A stretch of 64,000 bases of DNA, from IMG/VR virus record IMGVR_UViG_3300017917_002466, positions 62,001 to 126,000 of that record; one strand, 5' to 3'. Positions 51,228 through 60,671 of this stretch are shown here, in pieces; the stretch's first letter is position 1, and each line of letters opens with the position of its first letter. The notes below the pieces were generated by a model. That model saw nothing but the letters and a program-made list of their open reading frames with translations. It ran no database searches and had not been told where the DNA came from. The position numbers were made by a program, and so were the translations under genes.

Positions 51228-51983
51228 AGAACAATTCTGTCTATCAACATAATCTTGTATACGATTAGTTGCGATTTTATGATAATTTTTTGAAATCTCA
51301 AAACCGATAAAATTTCTTTTAAGTTTAGCACAAACAAGTCCAGTTGTTCCAGAACCACTAAAAGGGTCTAAAACAGTGTCACCAATCCAGGTCAAAAGCT
51401 TTATAGCTTTATAAGGAATATCTTCACTAAAGCAAACTTTAGTTAATGGCTGTGTTTCTGCTCGGTAACTCCAAACCCCTGAAGTATACTCAACAAATTC
51501 TTCTTTAGTTAAATCGGTTTTTCCTTTTTCTAATTTTTTAGGAATTTCTTTATAAGATAAAATAACACATTCTTCAGCATTATGGCAGTATGGCATTGAA
51601 GGAGACATCCAGCTTCCCCATGCTGTAAACTTAGCTCTTTGAGTTGCTATTTCATTCAATCTAATTATTCCACTCCAATTAAAACCTATTAAATCCATTA
51701 TTTGCCAATAATGAGAAGCAATAAAAACTCTTTGATGATTTTTTGCTTTCATGTTCACTTCAAAAGGAACATTGATAGCAATACGACCATCGGGCTTCAA
51801 AACACGATAGCATTCGGATAGCCACTTCCGGACCCAAGTAAAGTATTCATTCTTCGGAATATTATCATTCCAAGAGTCATATTCTATTGAAACATTGTAA
51901 GGTGGAGAAGTACAAATCAAGTCAATAGAATTATCTTCAAGAGTTTTGAAGCCATCAAGGATGTCACAGTTTAGTATTTTCAT
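51207..51983 (-). CDS. Beta-class N4/N6 DNA methyltransferase
   Basis: CTSPPY, VLDPFSGSGTT. Confidence 0.9.
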   Translation of the reverse strand: MKILNCDILDGFKTLEDNSIDLICTSPPYNVSIEYDSWNDNIPKNEYFTWVRKWLSECYRVLKPDGRIAINVPFEVNMKAKNHQRVFIASHYWQIMDLIGFNWSGIIRLNEIATQRAKFTAWGSWMSPSMPYCHNAEECVILSYKEIPKKLEKGKTDLTKEEFVEYTSGVWSYRAETQPLTKVCFSEDIPYKAIKLLTWIGDTVLDPFSGSGTTGLVCAKLKRNFIGFEISKNYHKIATNRIQDYVDRQNCSLRDMIF

Positions 51984-52278
51984 TCAAATTTCCTTTTGTC
52001 AAATCTTCAATTTCTTTTTGAATTTTGAAATCATCAATTATGGCATCAACACATTCTTCTTTTGTTTTATGAAACCATATCCAATTTCCAACTTTAAAAT
52101 TTTGTGATTTCATCATTTCAGTATCATTTGCATTACTTATTTTAATTTGATTTTCGTGTCTATAAACGTAATACTTTGTTCCATCAATATCATCGGTTAC
52201 TATTCCTTCATTTTCTTGAAGAATATAACCAAAAGTTCTAGCAAAAATTCTTAAAGATTGTTGTATATCCATCACCAC
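51964..52278 (-). CDS. Hypothetical protein
   Basis: Coupled ORF. Confidence 0.55.
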   Translation of the reverse strand: MVMDIQQSLRIFARTFGYILQENEGIVTDDIDGTKYYVYRHENQIKISNANDTEMMKSQNFKVGNWIWFHKTKEECVDAIIDDFKIQKEIEDLTKGNLNENTKL

Positions 52279-52472
52279 TCCTTATAATCCGAAAGATCAA
52301 TTTCTTCTCCACAGGCACACTTAACTTTTATTATTGTACCAAGTCCTGTTGGAGTAAAACTGAAAGTCAATCTTCCACCAATAGCACCACAGTCCTCTTT
52401 CAGTTTACATTTGTGGTTTTTATCCCAAATAGCAAACTGTTCATCCATATCTTCATCTAAAGCAAATATCAT
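52272..52472 (-). CDS. Conserved small phage protein
   Basis: GAIGGRLTFSFTPTGLGTIIKVKC.CG. Confidence 0.7.
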   Translation of the reverse strand: MIFALDEDMDEQFAIWDKNHKCKLKEDCGAIGGRLTFSFTPTGLGTIIKVKCACGEEIDLSDYKEW

Positions 52473-53506
52473 AGATTTACCCTCGTCTTACTTTCTTCCC
52501 ATCCTTGCTGGGTTATTTCAAGGAACTTTACACTTCTCTTGAATTCTTTCCAGTTACGACAACCCGCATAGTAAGCAACAGCAGATTGAAGATTGCCAAG
52601 GATATTATTTACCACTTCTTCAGTTTCTCCGGTATATGGAATCAGACCAGATACTCCTTCAATTGAAACAACAGACTTCTTACTCTTGAGTTTCTCATTG
52701 GCTTCCTTTGAAGCCATTCCACTATATCTGACAAACTTCTGACCATCAACTTCAACCTTTGCTCCATTGGAAAGACTAGTTGCAGCCAACATCTTTCCAA
52801 GCATGACCAAATCTGCTCCTGCGGCCATGGCTTTACAAATATCTCCTGAACTTTCTATTCCACCATCCGCAACGATACAGGCTTCATCCTTAACACTCGC
52901 ACAATCCATTACCGAAGTTAGTGTCGGAATACCAAACCCCGTATTCAAACGAGTCGAACAGATACTTCCTCCACCAATACCAACCCTTATGAAGTTTGCA
53001 CCAGCTTCTTGAAGCCTACGGAATCCACTCCTAGTAGCAACATTACCGGCCATAATATTCGACCAATTTGCAGCTTTTATATACTTGACAGTATCAACTG
53101 TCGATTTAGTATCACCATTGGCAACATCAACAAGAAAACTAAAGACATTACCAGTCCTGGCACGGTAGTCGATTAGTTTATCAATCCAATCCTTCCACTT
53201 AGCCACATTACCAACCGATACAAAACACCTCAATTCATTTTGAATATCACAGTCCTCAAAGAACTTAATCTGTTCTTCTGGTGAGTTGAACCAACGATGA
53301 ATCGTGGTTGGGCATCTAAGTCTATCCATGAACTTAATCAAATCCACAGAACATACCTTATCCATAGGAGCATTGATTATCGGATAAACACCTGCGAGGC
53401 AACCACAATCTACTTTAATATCCGCATCGCTCAAATGTTCAAGCTCAGAACAACGAGGACAAAGAAGAACATCATTGTAACTAAGGACTCTACGAATATC
53501 GTTCAT
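52469..53506 (-). CDS. IMP dehydrogenase / GMP reductase family enzyme (no CBS domain)
   Basis: INAPMD, GNVAT, RVGIGGGSICSTR, ADGGI, YSGMAS. Confidence 0.9.
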   Translation of the reverse strand: MNDIRRVLSYNDVLLCPRCSELEHLSDADIKVDCGCLAGVYPIINAPMDKVCSVDLIKFMDRLRCPTTIHRWFNSPEEQIKFFEDCDIQNELRCFVSVGNVAKWKDWIDKLIDYRARTGNVFSFLVDVANGDTKSTVDTVKYIKAANWSNIMAGNVATRSGFRRLQEAGANFIRVGIGGGSICSTRLNTGFGIPTLTSVMDCASVKDEACIVADGGIESSGDICKAMAAGADLVMLGKMLAATSLSNGAKVEVDGQKFVRYSGMASKEANEKLKSKKSVVSIEGVSGLIPYTGETEEVVNNILGNLQSAVAYYAGCRNWKEFKRSVKFLEITQQGWEESKTRVNL

Positions 53507-53916
53507 GCTAGCTCCTTCTCGTATGGAAAATGAATCCACCCTGTATTTTCTTCAACAAAAATATCCGGAAACACTCTACATTTTTTATGCTTAAACAAAG
53601 TTGCAACTACTATGTCCATATTCTTTCTAATAGAAATTAAGTCAATAATAGTCTTACCTGTATCAACAAGGTCGTCTACGATAAGAACAGTTCCATCTTT
53701 ACCATCCATAAAGTTGCTTAGAATGGGAACTTCTAAAGAATGAGATATGATAACTGCCGGAATCAAACCTCCCCTTGGAACACCATACACATAATCAATC
53801 TTTTTGCCAGATTCTTTAATTAGAACAATAAGCTTCAAAATCATCAGAATATAATCATTCCAAGTAAGCTTCATTTGTACGTTTGAACTAAAGGTTCTTT
53901 CAGTTGATTCATTCAT
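53503..53916 (-). CDS. Purine phosphoribosyltransferase (Gpt-like)
   Basis: GVPRGGLIPA, LIVDDLVDTGKT, WIHFPYE. Confidence 0.85.
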   Translation of the reverse strand: MNESTERTFSSNVQMKLTWNDYILMILKLIVLIKESGKKIDYVYGVPRGGLIPAVIISHSLEVPILSNFMDGKDGTVLIVDDLVDTGKTIIDLISIRKNMDIVVATLFKHKKCRVFPDIFVEENTGWIHFPYEKELA

Positions 53917-54533
53917 ATGCAAACTTCCTCAGTAGTAAATTTGATATTCTTTATTCGGGTTTGGACTTTACCCATTACGATTGTCTTTTGAATTTTACCA
54001 ATTAAATTATTTGGAGCAAACAACTGAATACCTGTACTAGTTACACAATTATTGCGCCAATTTGCAGACTTCAAAATGCCACAATTGACAGAATAGAAAA
54101 ATCCTTTTATCAACCCACGATTTCTTGAACGATTTGAAATCACTCTATCATTATCAAGCTTATAACCAACTAAAATATAATTGCCACATTTCTTATAAGG
54201 ATTTTTAATCGTTGTTCCAGTTCCACAAAATACAAGACTCTTTTGCTTATTTTCTTTAGTGGTCTTCATTTCAAAACGGGTTCCGTCAATAAGAAAGTCA
54301 GCATCATGCTCTTGAATAATCTGACAAGGAATCTTTCTACTCTTGCAGACTTTAAAGAAAACCATTTCAAAGAAGTTTCCAACTCCAGAATGATTCTTTT
54401 GAAAAGCCTCTCCAACATCATACCCCATACTACTTGACCAGTACAAGGGAATGTGGGATTCTTTTTGAAATGTATTAACCAGTTCTTCTGCAAAACTACG
54501 ACTTGTAATTTGATTGAAATATCTTTTTCTCAC
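53913..54533 (-). CDS. Hypothetical PD-(D/E)XK-like nuclease
   Basis: DADFLIDGTRFEMKTT. Confidence 0.5.
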   Translation of the reverse strand: MRKRYFNQITSRSFAEELVNTFQKESHIPLYWSSSMGYDVGEAFQKNHSGVGNFFEMVFFKVCKSRKIPCQIIQEHDADFLIDGTRFEMKTTKENKQKSLVFCGTGTTIKNPYKKCGNYILVGYKLDNDRVISNRSRNRGLIKGFFYSVNCGILKSANWRNNCVTSTGIQLFAPNNLIGKIQKTIVMGKVQTRIKNIKFTTEEVCI

Positions 54534-55567
54534 TTGAACTCGGTGCCTCCTTTACGAGTAAGATACTGGTCAAAAACATATTTGAGTATAACTCTTCCAA
54601 CTTTAGCATCAAATCTTTCAAGTACTGGTTTGATAACAACACCTTCCATAATGTTGTCTGCACCGGCAATCTGAGATTTACTATTGCTAAATTTCATAAC
54701 TTCAGACATAGAAAAAGGACCACGATAAAGAACTGGTACAACATCAACATTGAAGCGACCACAAGTTCCAATCATTGCAGGATAGTCCATATACTTTGCA
54801 CCAACACGAATATCAAAGCAACGATAACCAAAATCTCCCTGTTTGAATCCATAATGCAAGTCCTGAATCCAACCAAAGATTTCACCAAACATAATGACCG
54901 GCAAGTTCCCATTTTCATTGGAAACAGTTTTGACAAGCTCTTTCATATTATCACTAAAAACACTCCACCAACGGCTCTGAGCATTTTCTTTCTTCCTCAT
55001 AGTATGAGAACCAACCATAAACTCGCCACCAATATAAGCACATCTATGATTCGCTCCGTGGAGCTTCTCAGTCATAACAACATCCTCACCTTCAAGAATG
55101 ATGTTAGGAAAATTCCTCATATTCTGAATGTCGGTGTACTTCTCCAATAGAACGTGAGGTCTTTCGGCATCTTCATTGTTGAAGATAGGCGGTGGTTCCC
55201 ACTTAGTAACTCCAAATCCTTCTGTCAGGTCAGTACCTTCACCAAAGTTCCTCTTGTCAAAAGGAGGCGGGTAGATATAGTCTTCTCCCTTATCCTTATT
55301 CCAAAGTAGCCCATAAGATGGCTCACCACGAAGCTTAGCAGCACAAACCCTTCCATTATGAAGATATTTGGTTACTCCAATAGCTTCAGAAAGCCTTTCG
55401 GGAAGAACCGAATCAAGAGGAAAGTAAACAACAAGTTCGCCGGCTTTGAATTCGCCTTTACGAACTACAGTCTGCCATCCTTTGACAATAGCAAGTTCAA
55501 GAGCATCAGCATTTGGATGCACTTTGATTTCATCAATCTTTACAACTTCAACCTTTAGTTCAGACAT
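54530..55567 (-). CDS. ATP-dependent RNA ligase (DRB0094/Rnl5 family)
   Basis: N-terminal HPNAD.LE OB-like domain; EKLHGAN, FGEIFG, EGVVIKP, LKYV. Confidence 0.88.
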   Translation of the reverse strand: MSELKVEVVKIDEIKVHPNADALELAIVKGWQTVVRKGEFKAGELVVYFPLDSVLPERLSEAIGVTKYLHNGRVCAAKLRGEPSYGLLWNKDKGEDYIYPPPFDKRNFGEGTDLTEGFGVTKWEPPPIFNNEDAERPHVLLEKYTDIQNMRNFPNIILEGEDVVMTEKLHGANHRCAYIGGEFMVGSHTMRKKENAQSRWWSVFSDNMKELVKTVSNENGNLPVIMFGEIFGWIQDLHYGFKQGDFGYRCFDIRVGAKYMDYPAMIGTCGRFNVDVVPVLYRGPFSMSEVMKFSNSKSQIAGADNIMEGVVIKPVLERFDAKVGRVILKYVFDQYLTRKGGTEFK

Positions 55568-56747
55568 TTACCTTCTCCATTTTACAGTTTTTGATTACAG
55601 TATTTTTTACACCACGAAATTCCCCGTGGTCTTTAACAGTTCCAGTTATCTTAACAGTGTCTCCCTTTTCTTCTTCAAAATCTTTAGAAGTCCACCAGTT
55701 AAGAACATTGCCATTCTTATCAATCATTTCAACAAGCCGAGTAAATCCCCAGCTTGTTTCCATTGCACGAATATTGTTTATCTTAACTTCAGTGACTATC
55801 CTTTCTCCAATTTCTCCAACGTGATTACTGTTGATAGGAACTTCAGCAGCCTTTCCAAATCCCTCAACATTCTTCATATAGTCAAAGACAGCCCAAGCAA
55901 GATAACCATGTTGTGGCCGATACATTTCAAAAGCCACACAAACATTATTCGTGAATGTATCTTGATTCTTCTTGCCTTTCCAGTAATCAACCATCTTCTG
56001 GTAATCAAACTTCTCAGCAAGCTTAATAACATTACCAAATTCACTTCTAATATTGTCAACATAACTAACTGAATTCAGATTCAAAGAAAGGTCCATGTAA
56101 TGGTCAGCTTCAGAAGTTGTTCCACCACCACGTATATAATGGCCATCCCGTGTGATGATGCCATAACAGAGCTTACAGAAAGTTTCCTTATTGAAAGGAT
56201 GAGACTTCTTCCAATACAAGTCAGTCAAACCTCTAAGGAAACCATCAACATCACCATTTGAGAAAAACGAAAAAAGATTGCAAATCTTATTAGTTACATC
56301 AATCCCAAAATATTCTTTGGAACAAGTGCTGGCGATCATCAACTCTTCACCAGTTGACTTCCTGAATAGATGTACTGTCTTCCTAAAACGGTGAGTTTCA
56401 CAGTGGTCGCATCTGAAAGCAGCTTTGAAATAAGGAGAGAAGTCTTCTTCAATCATTGAGAAGACTTGGTTTTCTTTTTCGTCACCAATCTCTTTCTTCA
56501 ATGTTGCAACGTACTCGTAACCCTTCCACTTGATAACCGGCACCTTAACAGTAATATCATAAACGCAAACAGTCACCGGATACGTCAGACCGATTGTAGA
56601 AGTTTTCATAACTTCTTTTTCGGTCTTAGTCCAAGTGACTAGAGTGGAATATTTCTTATTGAATTTCTGAGCTAACTTTTCAAGTTCCTTAATGATGGAT
56701 GCATCCATATCATAAGGACTCTCAATCGTAAACTTTGAAGAATTCAT
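55560..56747 (-). CDS. Hypothetical protein with C-terminal OB-like fold
   Basis: CDHC..R; HVGEIGER..ITGTVKDH.EFRG. Confidence 0.75.
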   Translation of the reverse strand: MNSSKFTIESPYDMDASIIKELEKLAQKFNKKYSTLVTWTKTEKEVMKTSTIGLTYPVTVCVYDITVKVPVIKWKGYEYVATLKKEIGDEKENQVFSMIEEDFSPYFKAAFRCDHCETHRFRKTVHLFRKSTGEELMIASTCSKEYFGIDVTNKICNLFSFFSNGDVDGFLRGLTDLYWKKSHPFNKETFCKLCYGIITRDGHYIRGGGTTSEADHYMDLSLNLNSVSYVDNIRSEFGNVIKLAEKFDYQKMVDYWKGKKNQDTFTNNVCVAFEMYRPQHGYLAWAVFDYMKNVEGFGKAAEVPINSNHVGEIGERIVTEVKINNIRAMETSWGFTRLVEMIDKNGNVLNWWTSKDFEEEKGDTVKITGTVKDHGEFRGVKNTVIKNCKMEKVNV

Positions 56748-56764
56748 TCTTACCTCCTGTTTAT

Positions 56765-56793
56765 AATATAATACAAAGGAGACAAAAAGTCAA
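56765..56793 (-). promoter_or_regulatory. sigma70-type promoter
   Basis: TTGACT-N17-TATATT on minus strand. Confidence 0.65.
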
Positions 56794-56795
56794 GA

Positions 56796-56996
56796 TCATT
56801 CTTTTTCAGAACAGGGGACTTGTTTACCAAGAGAGTCTAAAATTGGAGTTATAGTATCTTCACCAACAACGGGCTGAACAAAATCACTTTTTTCCCCAGA
56901 AAAAGCATTATATTTAATAAGAGGGATTGTAAATAAACCGAATACTAAAATCAAAATTAATCCCACAAGTAAAGAAGTAATTGTTTCGCCTTTCAT
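56796..56996 (-). CDS. Small membrane protein
   Basis: Hydrophobic N-terminus. Confidence 0.55.
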   Translation of the reverse strand: MKGETITSLLVGLILILVFGLFTIPLIKYNAFSGEKSDFVQPVVGEDTITPILDSLGKQVPCSEKE

Positions 56997-57265
56997 TCAT
57001 CAACTCTTTCAATGATATTTTTAACACTTTCAAAAAATTCATGAGCTAACTCTTCAAATGGTCTTTCTGAAAGATTGATTTCATCCACGGCTTTAGTAAT
57101 TGCATTTTTAAGTTCATCATATTTTTCTTTCCAATGAATCATTCTAGACTTAGCCGCGTTTAAATCGTCCTTCAAATCCTTACACTCATCACAAGGCATT
57201 TCTTCAGCTATCTTTCTAATTGATGATATAATATTACCCATTTCTGGATGTTTAGATATTTCCAT
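56993..57265 (-). CDS. Hypothetical protein
   Basis: Coupled ORF. Confidence 0.55.
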   Translation of the reverse strand: MEISKHPEMGNIISSIRKIAEEMPCDECKDLKDDLNAAKSRMIHWKEKYDELKNAITKAVDEINLSERPFEELAHEFFESVKNIIERVDE

Positions 57266-57371
57266 TTATTGCCTCATTTAATTTTTAAAATATTCTTTTA
57301 AATTATCAATAGTTAATTCAATAAGTAATTGATTTAGTAAAAATAATAAAAACAAAATTTTTAAAATCTTT

Positions 57372-57920
57372 TTAATTAATATCATACTGTTCAATATTTT
57401 TTCTTATTTTTGCAATAAGTTTAAACTGCTGAGGAGTTAAAGGTCTTTCATATTCCTCTAACCCGTCCATAATAAATTTAGTTTCAGAAGCATATTTCTG
57501 AACGAATGAAGGGTTGGCCATTACAAAATCTGAGACATTGGTAAGTCTGTCGGCAAGCTTTATTGTTAATGCATCGGAAGACATAGTATTCATCTTATTA
57601 AGAAGAAATTGCCCTTTCTTAGATTTATCCAAATCAGTTGGGTTAGTAAGTTCCTTGACAAGAGAAGCTACGGATTGTCCAAATATTTCTTGAAGTTCTT
57701 CTAATGAAACACCACTATCCTCAACAACATCGTGAAGCCAAGCAGCAGCAACCATTTCCGAACTACCACCAACTTGGTCAACGATTCCAGCAACCATTGC
57801 TGGATGTGTAATATAAGGAATTTTACCAAACTTCCTAAACTGACCTTCGTGTTTGAAAGTGGCGAATTCCTTAGCCTTATTTACTAGTTCTTTCCCTGAC
57901 AAAAAATTCTTTAGACTCAT
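57372..57920 (-). CDS. HD-domain small alarmone hydrolase-like protein (Mesh1/SpoT-HD)
   Basis: HEGQFRK..PYITHP..AAWLHDVVED..ELT..IKLADRLTN. Confidence 0.85.
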   Translation of the reverse strand: MSLKNFLSGKELVNKAKEFATFKHEGQFRKFGKIPYITHPAMVAGIVDQVGGSSEMVAAAWLHDVVEDSGVSLEELQEIFGQSVASLVKELTNPTDLDKSKKGQFLLNKMNTMSSDALTIKLADRLTNVSDFVMANPSFVQKYASETKFIMDGLEEYERPLTPQQFKLIAKIRKNIEQYDIN

Positions 57921-58101
57921 TTATTATTTCTACCTCTGCGTTGTTTCCAAAAAATGTAAAAACACCAAATTGACTCAAACCAATACAATAACTTTTATTT
58001 TGTATACTTTGACTAGACCATTTGTCATTAACCTTCTTATACCAAACACCTTTCTTAATAAAAGAAGTTCCTTTTTCCAATTCGCCAATTTTGGTCTTCA
58101 T
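57877..58101 (-). CDS. Hypothetical protein
   Basis: Small ORF. Confidence 0.5.
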   Translation of the reverse strand: MKTKIGELEKGTSFIKKGVWYKKVNDKWSSQSIQNKSYCIGLSQFGVFTFFGNNAEVEIINESKEFFVRERTSK

Positions 58102-58115
58102 AAATTAACCCACTT

Positions 58116-58778
58116 TTATTTATAAGTTAAACTGTACTCTTTAAAAAACTTCTTTATCTCTTGTGGAATTTGAATTCGTGGATACTTTCTCCATCCAAGC
58201 ACATCGAGAATCTTTTTACGACTGGTCGTTGCAAGATAAGCCTGTATTTCATCTTCAACAACAATTTGGTCATATCCTAATGAAGTCAAAGAATAAAAAG
58301 CATCATCATACAAGTTTTTTGACAGTTTATGAATTAGCTGACGCATCCTTACTTGATAACCCGCATCAAAGTACCAGAAGGCATGTGCAGTTTCGTGTTC
58401 AATAGTTTCCTTATTAGTCTTTCCTTTACAGGCCCCAATAATATAGAACCTTCCTTCAAAATTCGGAATCAGATTGCGAATAGAAGAAACAAGAAGATTT
58501 TCCTTGGCACTCATACTATACTTAAAATGTTCTATGAATGATTTGAATACTGAAGAAGGAATATTGAATCCACTCCAATCCGTAAAATAAGTAAAATTGC
58601 CTTTATCTTCTGCATAAGTGTCCATATATTCTTCAAGAGAAAAGTATTTACCACAAATATTCTCATAAGAAGACTCATAGAACTCTTGTGGGCGTAAGAA
58701 CATTGAGCAAAGAGAATACTGAGAATCAGCTTCTACAAGAATGATACCTTTACGAATTTGTGTAAATGAGTAGTTCAT
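58116..58778 (-). CDS. Hypothetical protein with HExxH motif
   Basis: IEHETAHA..DEIQAY. Confidence 0.7.
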   Translation of the reverse strand: MNYSFTQIRKGIILVEADSQYSLCSMFLRPQEFYESSYENICGKYFSLEEYMDTYAEDKGNFTYFTDWSGFNIPSSVFKSFIEHFKYSMSAKENLLVSSIRNLIPNFEGRFYIIGACKGKTNKETIEHETAHAFWYFDAGYQVRMRQLIHKLSKNLYDDAFYSLTSLGYDQIVVEDEIQAYLATTSRKKILDVLGWRKYPRIQIPQEIKKFFKEYSLTYK

Positions 58779-58816
58779 TTTGGATTATGCTTTTTTAGAG
58801 AATATAGTTCTCTCAT

Positions 58817-59287
58817 CTACCAAGACCTTTCAACGGTTTCATCGGGCAGAGGAACCCAGTCAGGATCATAATTCGGGTCAATAACATACAGTGGTGGATT
58901 TGTAACAGGCATTCCCCACTGATTCGGGGAGAACCGTATCGCAATTTTATTCGAGTCTTTCATCAATTCAATCTGAACTTCTTCGGACTTATCACGAATG
59001 AAGATTGGTCCTTCTGAGCTTCGGACTCTGGATATCTTTTGATTCAGACGATGGGTTGCTTGTATGACAGCAGGCGTAACCTTCTTTTCTTTGGTTACCT
59101 TTGGAGTAGGATTATTGGTATTACCAAGATACTTTACAAGGGTAGCATGTACCGTTTGTACAGACATACCCAATTCATCAGCTACCCTTTTCTTATCCTG
59201 AGCGGTAAGAGTGACCTTTCCTTGGTCATAAAGAGTACGAACAACTTCAGCCTTAGAACCGTATTCTTTGTTCCAATATGTAAACAT
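58817..59287 (-). CDS. Hypothetical, possible HTH protein
   Basis: RVADELGMSVQTVH. Confidence 0.65.
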   Translation of the reverse strand: MFTYWNKEYGSKAEVVRTLYDQGKVTLTAQDKKRVADELGMSVQTVHATLVKYLGNTNNPTPKVTKEKKVTPAVIQATHRLNQKISRVRSSEGPIFIRDKSEEVQIELMKDSNKIAIRFSPNQWGMPVTNPPLYVIDPNYDPDWVPLPDETVERSW

Positions 59288-59307
59288 ATTAACTCCTTTC
59301 TTCTTAT

Positions 59308-59336
59308 AATATAATACAAGAAAAAAGGTTTGTCAA
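59308..59336 (-). promoter_or_regulatory. sigma70-type promoter
   Basis: TTGACA-N17-TATATT on minus strand. Confidence 0.7.
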
Positions 59337-59355
59337 GGAAAATGATTTGTAGCTG

Positions 59356-59643
59356 TTATACTATTTTTTTGGATACGTCTTCTGCCTTCTGCATCAACTT
59401 TCTTGTGGCAACATGACCAACAATCAATTCAAGGCTAAGCTTGCCAGATTCAATGGCATCAACCAACATCTTATAAAATGGCGTTGTTCCCATTGACCTC
59501 TCTATATTGACATACTTTGATGCTTCATCAGACCTCATACAAGCATAGCCTTGTTTCTCAAGCCATGCTCTGACCTCGTCTTCACCAATTTGTTTAAGTA
59601 AAGACTCGCTGTCAAAAGAAACATTCATTGAAACTAATGACAT
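59356..59643 (-). CDS. Hypothetical protein
   Basis: ORF with SD. Confidence 0.6.
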   Translation of the reverse strand: MSLVSMNVSFDSESLLKQIGEDEVRAWLEKQGYACMRSDEASKYVNIERSMGTTPFYKMLVDAIESGKLSLELIVGHVATRKLMQKAEDVSKKIV

Positions 59644-59654
59644 AAGTATTCTCC

Positions 59655-60296
59655 TTACTGTGGAATGTTCACGATTTGTTTGCTAATATCAATAGTCTCC
59701 AGTTCGTCCAAACACACAAAAGTACAACCATCAATGTTCTTTCTCCACGACATATGGTGGTGAGCAAAGAACCAGTACGACGGCTTTCTCGACAGAAACA
59801 TTTCATCCAAAGCCTGCGAAGTCCTTGTAGGAATTATTCGACCCGGATGAAGGTAGTTGAGAATGAAGGTTGGACAGTCGTGCGAACAAACGATTTCTGG
59901 CTCAACTTCCTTATATTTATTAATAGCATCACAAAGTTCTTTCTGTGAAAGTTGTTCATTCCTCCACCACGAAACATTCTCAGTTCTCCAATTTTGGTCA
60001 ATCGACCAAGCTCCACCGACGAAGAAAAGCTTATTAAAGATTCTACCGATAAAGCTTCCTTCTAGAATACCATAGTCACCCGCATAGTTTTTATGTTTAC
60101 AAGAAACATTCGGATTATCGTGATTGCCTCTTAACCAATAATGTTTTCCTGAAATATCGTTTAAAATAAGTTCCTGACTTTCCGGAAATCCTACTCCCAT
60201 ATCACCAAGTTGCAGTGAAAAATTGGGATTTAATTTTTTTAAAATATTTCTATAATTTTCAAATAATCCATGCACATCACCAATTAAAAGAAACAT
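59655..60296 (-). CDS. Calcineurin-like metallophosphoesterase
   Basis: GDVHG, LGDMG, GNHD, SHDCP, AHHH. Confidence 0.88.
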   Translation of the reverse strand: MFLLIGDVHGLFENYRNILKKLNPNFSLQLGDMGVGFPESQELILNDISGKHYWLRGNHDNPNVSCKHKNYAGDYGILEGSFIGRIFNKLFFVGGAWSIDQNWRTENVSWWRNEQLSQKELCDAINKYKEVEPEIVCSHDCPTFILNYLHPGRIIPTRTSQALDEMFLSRKPSYWFFAHHHMSWRKNIDGCTFVCLDELETIDISKQIVNIPQ

Positions 60297-60303
60297 AATT
60301 ACC

Positions 60304-60570
60304 TCACATATTTTTGATAAAGTCGTCCACAGACTGAATCTGACCCAACATAATTTGCAAGTTCAAAATGTCGTCCTTTTGAATCACTTTTTCCCGATTC
60401 GTCTTAGGAAGATCGAAGTGCTTTATTTGATTACTTTCACCACGTATAATTTTTTCGTTGCGATTGACCGTTCTTTCAAACATTCGCTTCGCTTCGTCAA
60501 TGTTCTGTTGACACCACTCGTTTAAGTCATCCGGCAATCTATTTGCACCAAAATTTTTCATATCTTCCAT
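60304..60570 (-). CDS. Hypothetical protein
   Basis: ORF after promoter. Confidence 0.6.
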   Translation of the reverse strand: MEDMKNFGANRLPDDLNEWCQQNIDEAKRMFERTVNRNEKIIRGESNQIKHFDLPKTNREKVIQKDDILNLQIMLGQIQSVDDFIKNM

Positions 60571-60593
60571 CCTTTTCGTTACTGTCTAACAAT

Positions 60594-60622
60594 AATATAA
60601 TACATTGTGGGCAAAATGTCAA
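60594..60622 (-). promoter_or_regulatory. sigma70-type promoter
   Basis: TTGACA-N17-TATATT on minus strand. Confidence 0.7.
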
Positions 60623-60671
60623 GGAGTAATATCATAAATATTTATGTAACGAGAGAACAATTAAATGAGTT

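Noticed and set aside
51207-54533. Restriction-modification pair (MTase 51207 with nuclease-like 53913)
   Set aside because: Four genes separate them, and the nuclease call rests on one short motif.
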